A DNA stretch of 64,000 bases. It comes from Cyanophora paradoxa CCMP329 (taxonomy: Eukaryota; Plantae; Glaucophyta). Numbering within the stretch: position 1 is the first letter of the stretch; every line of letters starts with the position of its first letter. A program made the translations under genes and the position numbers. The stretch covers positions 75,417-139,416 of the forward strand of contig QPMI01000622.1 of the NCBI GenBank assembly GCA_004431415.1, read 5' to 3'. Shown here one piece after another: positions 61,821-64,000 of this stretch. A model generated the notes under the pieces. It ran no database searches. It saw nothing but the letters and a program-made list of their open reading frames with translations, and was not told the DNA's origin.

Positions 61821-62830
61821 ATGCCAAGGACCCCAAGAAGCCGAAGAAGCCGAAGCGGCCAAGCCCAGGCCGCCAGCCCGCAGGCGCAGCGCCCGCCCCC
61901 CGCCCCGCGGCCAGCCACCGGCTCGGGCTCGGCACCGCCCCGCCGCCGGCGCCAGCTGCGCGATGGGATACAGAGGACGGCATGCACTCACGCCCGAGCA
62001 GGTTCAACGCCTTCCTCGACAACTCGAAGACGGACGGCATCGAGCGCATGGCCTGCCTGGCCCGAACTTAACATGGTTCGACGTGAACACCGTGAAGTCC
62101 GACGCCACCGTCGTCTGGTCGGCAAGCGCGCACGGCAAGTCCTTCTTCCTTCGCGATCTCATGTTCAACCTCTCCGGCACCTTCCCGGGGGGTATCTAAT
62201 CAGCCAGACGATCGCCTGAACGGTACTGGAAGCAGTACATACCCCAGCGCTTCATCTGGCCCAAGTAAACCCGGCTGCTCTCCATTTATTCAGGACAGCA
62301 GGCGATCATGCAGCACAACAAGTCCGAAGACGTGCTGCCGGAAAGGAGATCCCGTCGACCCGCGATTTTTCGTGCTGCTCGACGACGTGATTTCCGACGC
62401 CGCTGCGGTTACGACGAGGCCCTCAACGAGCTTCGTGGCGGGGCGCACTACAAAATCATGACCCTTATCACGACGCAGTATGCCAAGGGCATCAATCCCG
62501 TCCTGCGCTCCAATACTGATCTGGCTGTCATTTCAAGTGCTCGCAGGCGATGCAGCGCGAGGCCCTCGCAAAGGAGTGGGGCGACATCATATCCCAGCGC
62601 GCCTTCTACTACCTGCTCGATAAATACACGCAGGATAACCACTGCCTTATCATCGATTCTTCCAACAACTCTACGAACCTCTGGACGTCCTTTACGTCTA
62701 CAAGGCCGAGGAGCCGCCCCCGTTCCGAATCGGATCCAAGGAGTACTGGGAGGGCGAAACCGTCAACGGGGAAAATCTCGTGGGTCCGGACGACGGCACG
62801 GTGGACAAGACGCTCCTCGGCATGAAATAA
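61821..62830 (+). pseudogene. A32-like (FtsK-HerA) genome packaging ATPase, frameshifted
   Basis: VGKRAHGKSFFLRDLM (Walker A across a frameshift), FVLLDDVISD (Walker B), G.HYKIMTLITTQY..INPVLRSNTD, YKAEEPPPFRIGSKEYW. Confidence 0.9.
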
Positions 62831-62885
62831 TTTCAGGAAGCACCGCGGCCTCGCCTGATTTTTTTTCTGAGGCTACGTGCGTAAC

Positions 62886-63607
62886 ATGTCGCCCAGCGCC
62901 CACATCGCCTCCGTCTTCCGCGTCGAGTCCATCGCCTACGACTGCCTCCTGGAGGCCAGCCTTGACCCCTCCTCGCCCTTTAACGACGGCGAGGTCAGCA
63001 GCGCCCTGGAGAGGATCTGCGACGCGCTGGGAATTAACTGGGAGCGCCTCACCGTCGGAGGCGGCGGACGAGGCCGCGGCCGAGTCCCTGGGAGCGAGGA
63101 TTCCAGCTCGGAAAGAGATGACAGACGAAGAGGGAGACAGGTTATTTACGTGCGCGACCGGACGATTTTGCGACCTCAGAGTCCAGCTCGGAGGAAGAGG
63201 AGGAAGAGGACGAGGACTCCGACGCCTAGGCGCGCCCTTAAAAATTTCCGAGGCCCCAGGAAAATGTCAAAGGTGCTCCTAGGCTCTCCCAGGCTATCGT
63301 GCAGTACGCCCTCGGCCTGGCATCCGGCTCCCTCATCGACGCCGCCTTCTCCTCGCACGAAGGCGAAAATAGGGCGGGCCACGCGCCGAGCTCGCCGCGC
63401 AAGTCGCCGTCAACGGCCTCTCCCTCGGCCTGCTCTCGAATACGTGCTCACCCTCAAGTTTTTCGACGACGACCCCACCGGCGGAATTATGTTCATCCTC
63501 GGATTTACACACGGGCAGACGAACATGCTAATCAAGGCTACCAGCGCGAGCTTCGGAATCAAGCAGCGCTCGAGCGGAAGGCCGCCGCGATCACTAAAGA
63601 GTAGCTA
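62886..63607 (+). other. Two small frameshifted viral hypothetical genes; the second is a membrane protein with a DDDPTGGIMFILG motif
   Basis: ATG starts at 62886 and ~63265, each preceded by a TTTTCT/TTTCC motif. Confidence 0.45.
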
Positions 63608-64000
63608 AAGAGTAGGAAAGAAATGCCAGTCGTTGTACTCGCAGATCCTGTTCCAAATCGAATCTAACTCCGAGAGTTTTGCCTGCTCTTGAGCAAGGGA
63701 AAGTAGGAGGTGCTGGGGCAAAATCTAGCAGCACGAAAATCTGCCTGAAACGTAGTTGTAGTTGAGCATTCTTCCTACCCTGCGACTTGAAATGCTGAAG
63801 GGACCTCCACCAGGCGAAATCTCCTGCACCCGGTCCATATCCTCCGCGCTCATCGGAGGCGGGCGCTCGCCCGTGATGCGCCACTTGATCTGCGCCCAGC
63901 GCTCGATGTACTTCTGCTGCTTCAGAGCCCGGAGAACTTGGCGGATATTGTCTTTGCTCCACTCCCTTCCCTGCCATGCGCCTCGCAATAGCTGCCAGCA
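63605..64000 (-). CDS. Viral late transcription factor 3 (VLTF3, poxvirus A2-like), 3' part, frameshifted
   Basis: IRQVLRALKQQKYIERWAQIKWRITGERPP..RKNMLNYNYVFRQIFVLL..FPLLKSR.KL..LDSIWNRICEYNDWHFFPTL*. Confidence 0.88.

Larger units (their letters stand above)
38836..64000. mobile_element. Endogenous small Nucleocytoviricota-related virus (Mriyavirus-like), continuing beyond the window end; left boundary somewhere in ~38040-38830
   Basis: Abrupt switch to dense, essentially intronless genes with lower GC; MCP, A32 ATPase, VLTF3, RuvC, SSB, DUF5767-like protein and helicases. Confidence 0.82.

Noticed and set aside
38836-64000. Polinton/Maverick, virophage or bacteriophage
   Set aside because: No pPolB, retroviral-type integrase or maturation protease seen; the MCP is NCLDV-like and VLTF3 and A22 are present.

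Overview
Eukaryotic, very GC-rich, intron-dense nuclear DNA from an alga- or protist-like host (AP2 and RWP-RK domains, many GC-AG introns). The window has two parts. (1) Positions ~1-38,000 hold host genes: TEL2, a flavin reductase, an RNF14-like RBR ligase, a CPBP protease, a Zn-ADH, a MECR-like reductase, an IMP peptidase and a cNMP/RWP-RK factor. Among them is an unusual ~11-kb island (4.2-15.7 kb) with an OTU-protease gene and a multi-intron Fanzor2 (TnpB-like RNA-guided nuclease). The Fanzor keeps its RuvC triad and is N-terminally fused to two AP2 DNA-binding domains and, probably, a PHD finger; the island is bracketed by oppositely oriented GCGATTACGA repeat arrays. (2) Positions ~38,800 to the window end are a compact, essentially intronless, frameshift-ridden endogenous DNA virus. 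It encodes an NCLDV-type double jelly-roll capsid protein, A32 ATPase, VLTF3, A22/RuvC resolvase, SSB, a DUF5767-like protein, and UL9-like SF2 and D5-like SF3 helicases. No DNA or RNA polymerase is visible in the window, a gene set that best fits Mriyaviricetes. It also contains nested inverted repeats, iteron-like arrays and a recurrent TTTTCT promoter-like motif. All calls come from manual motif recognition and hand splicing; no database searches were run.
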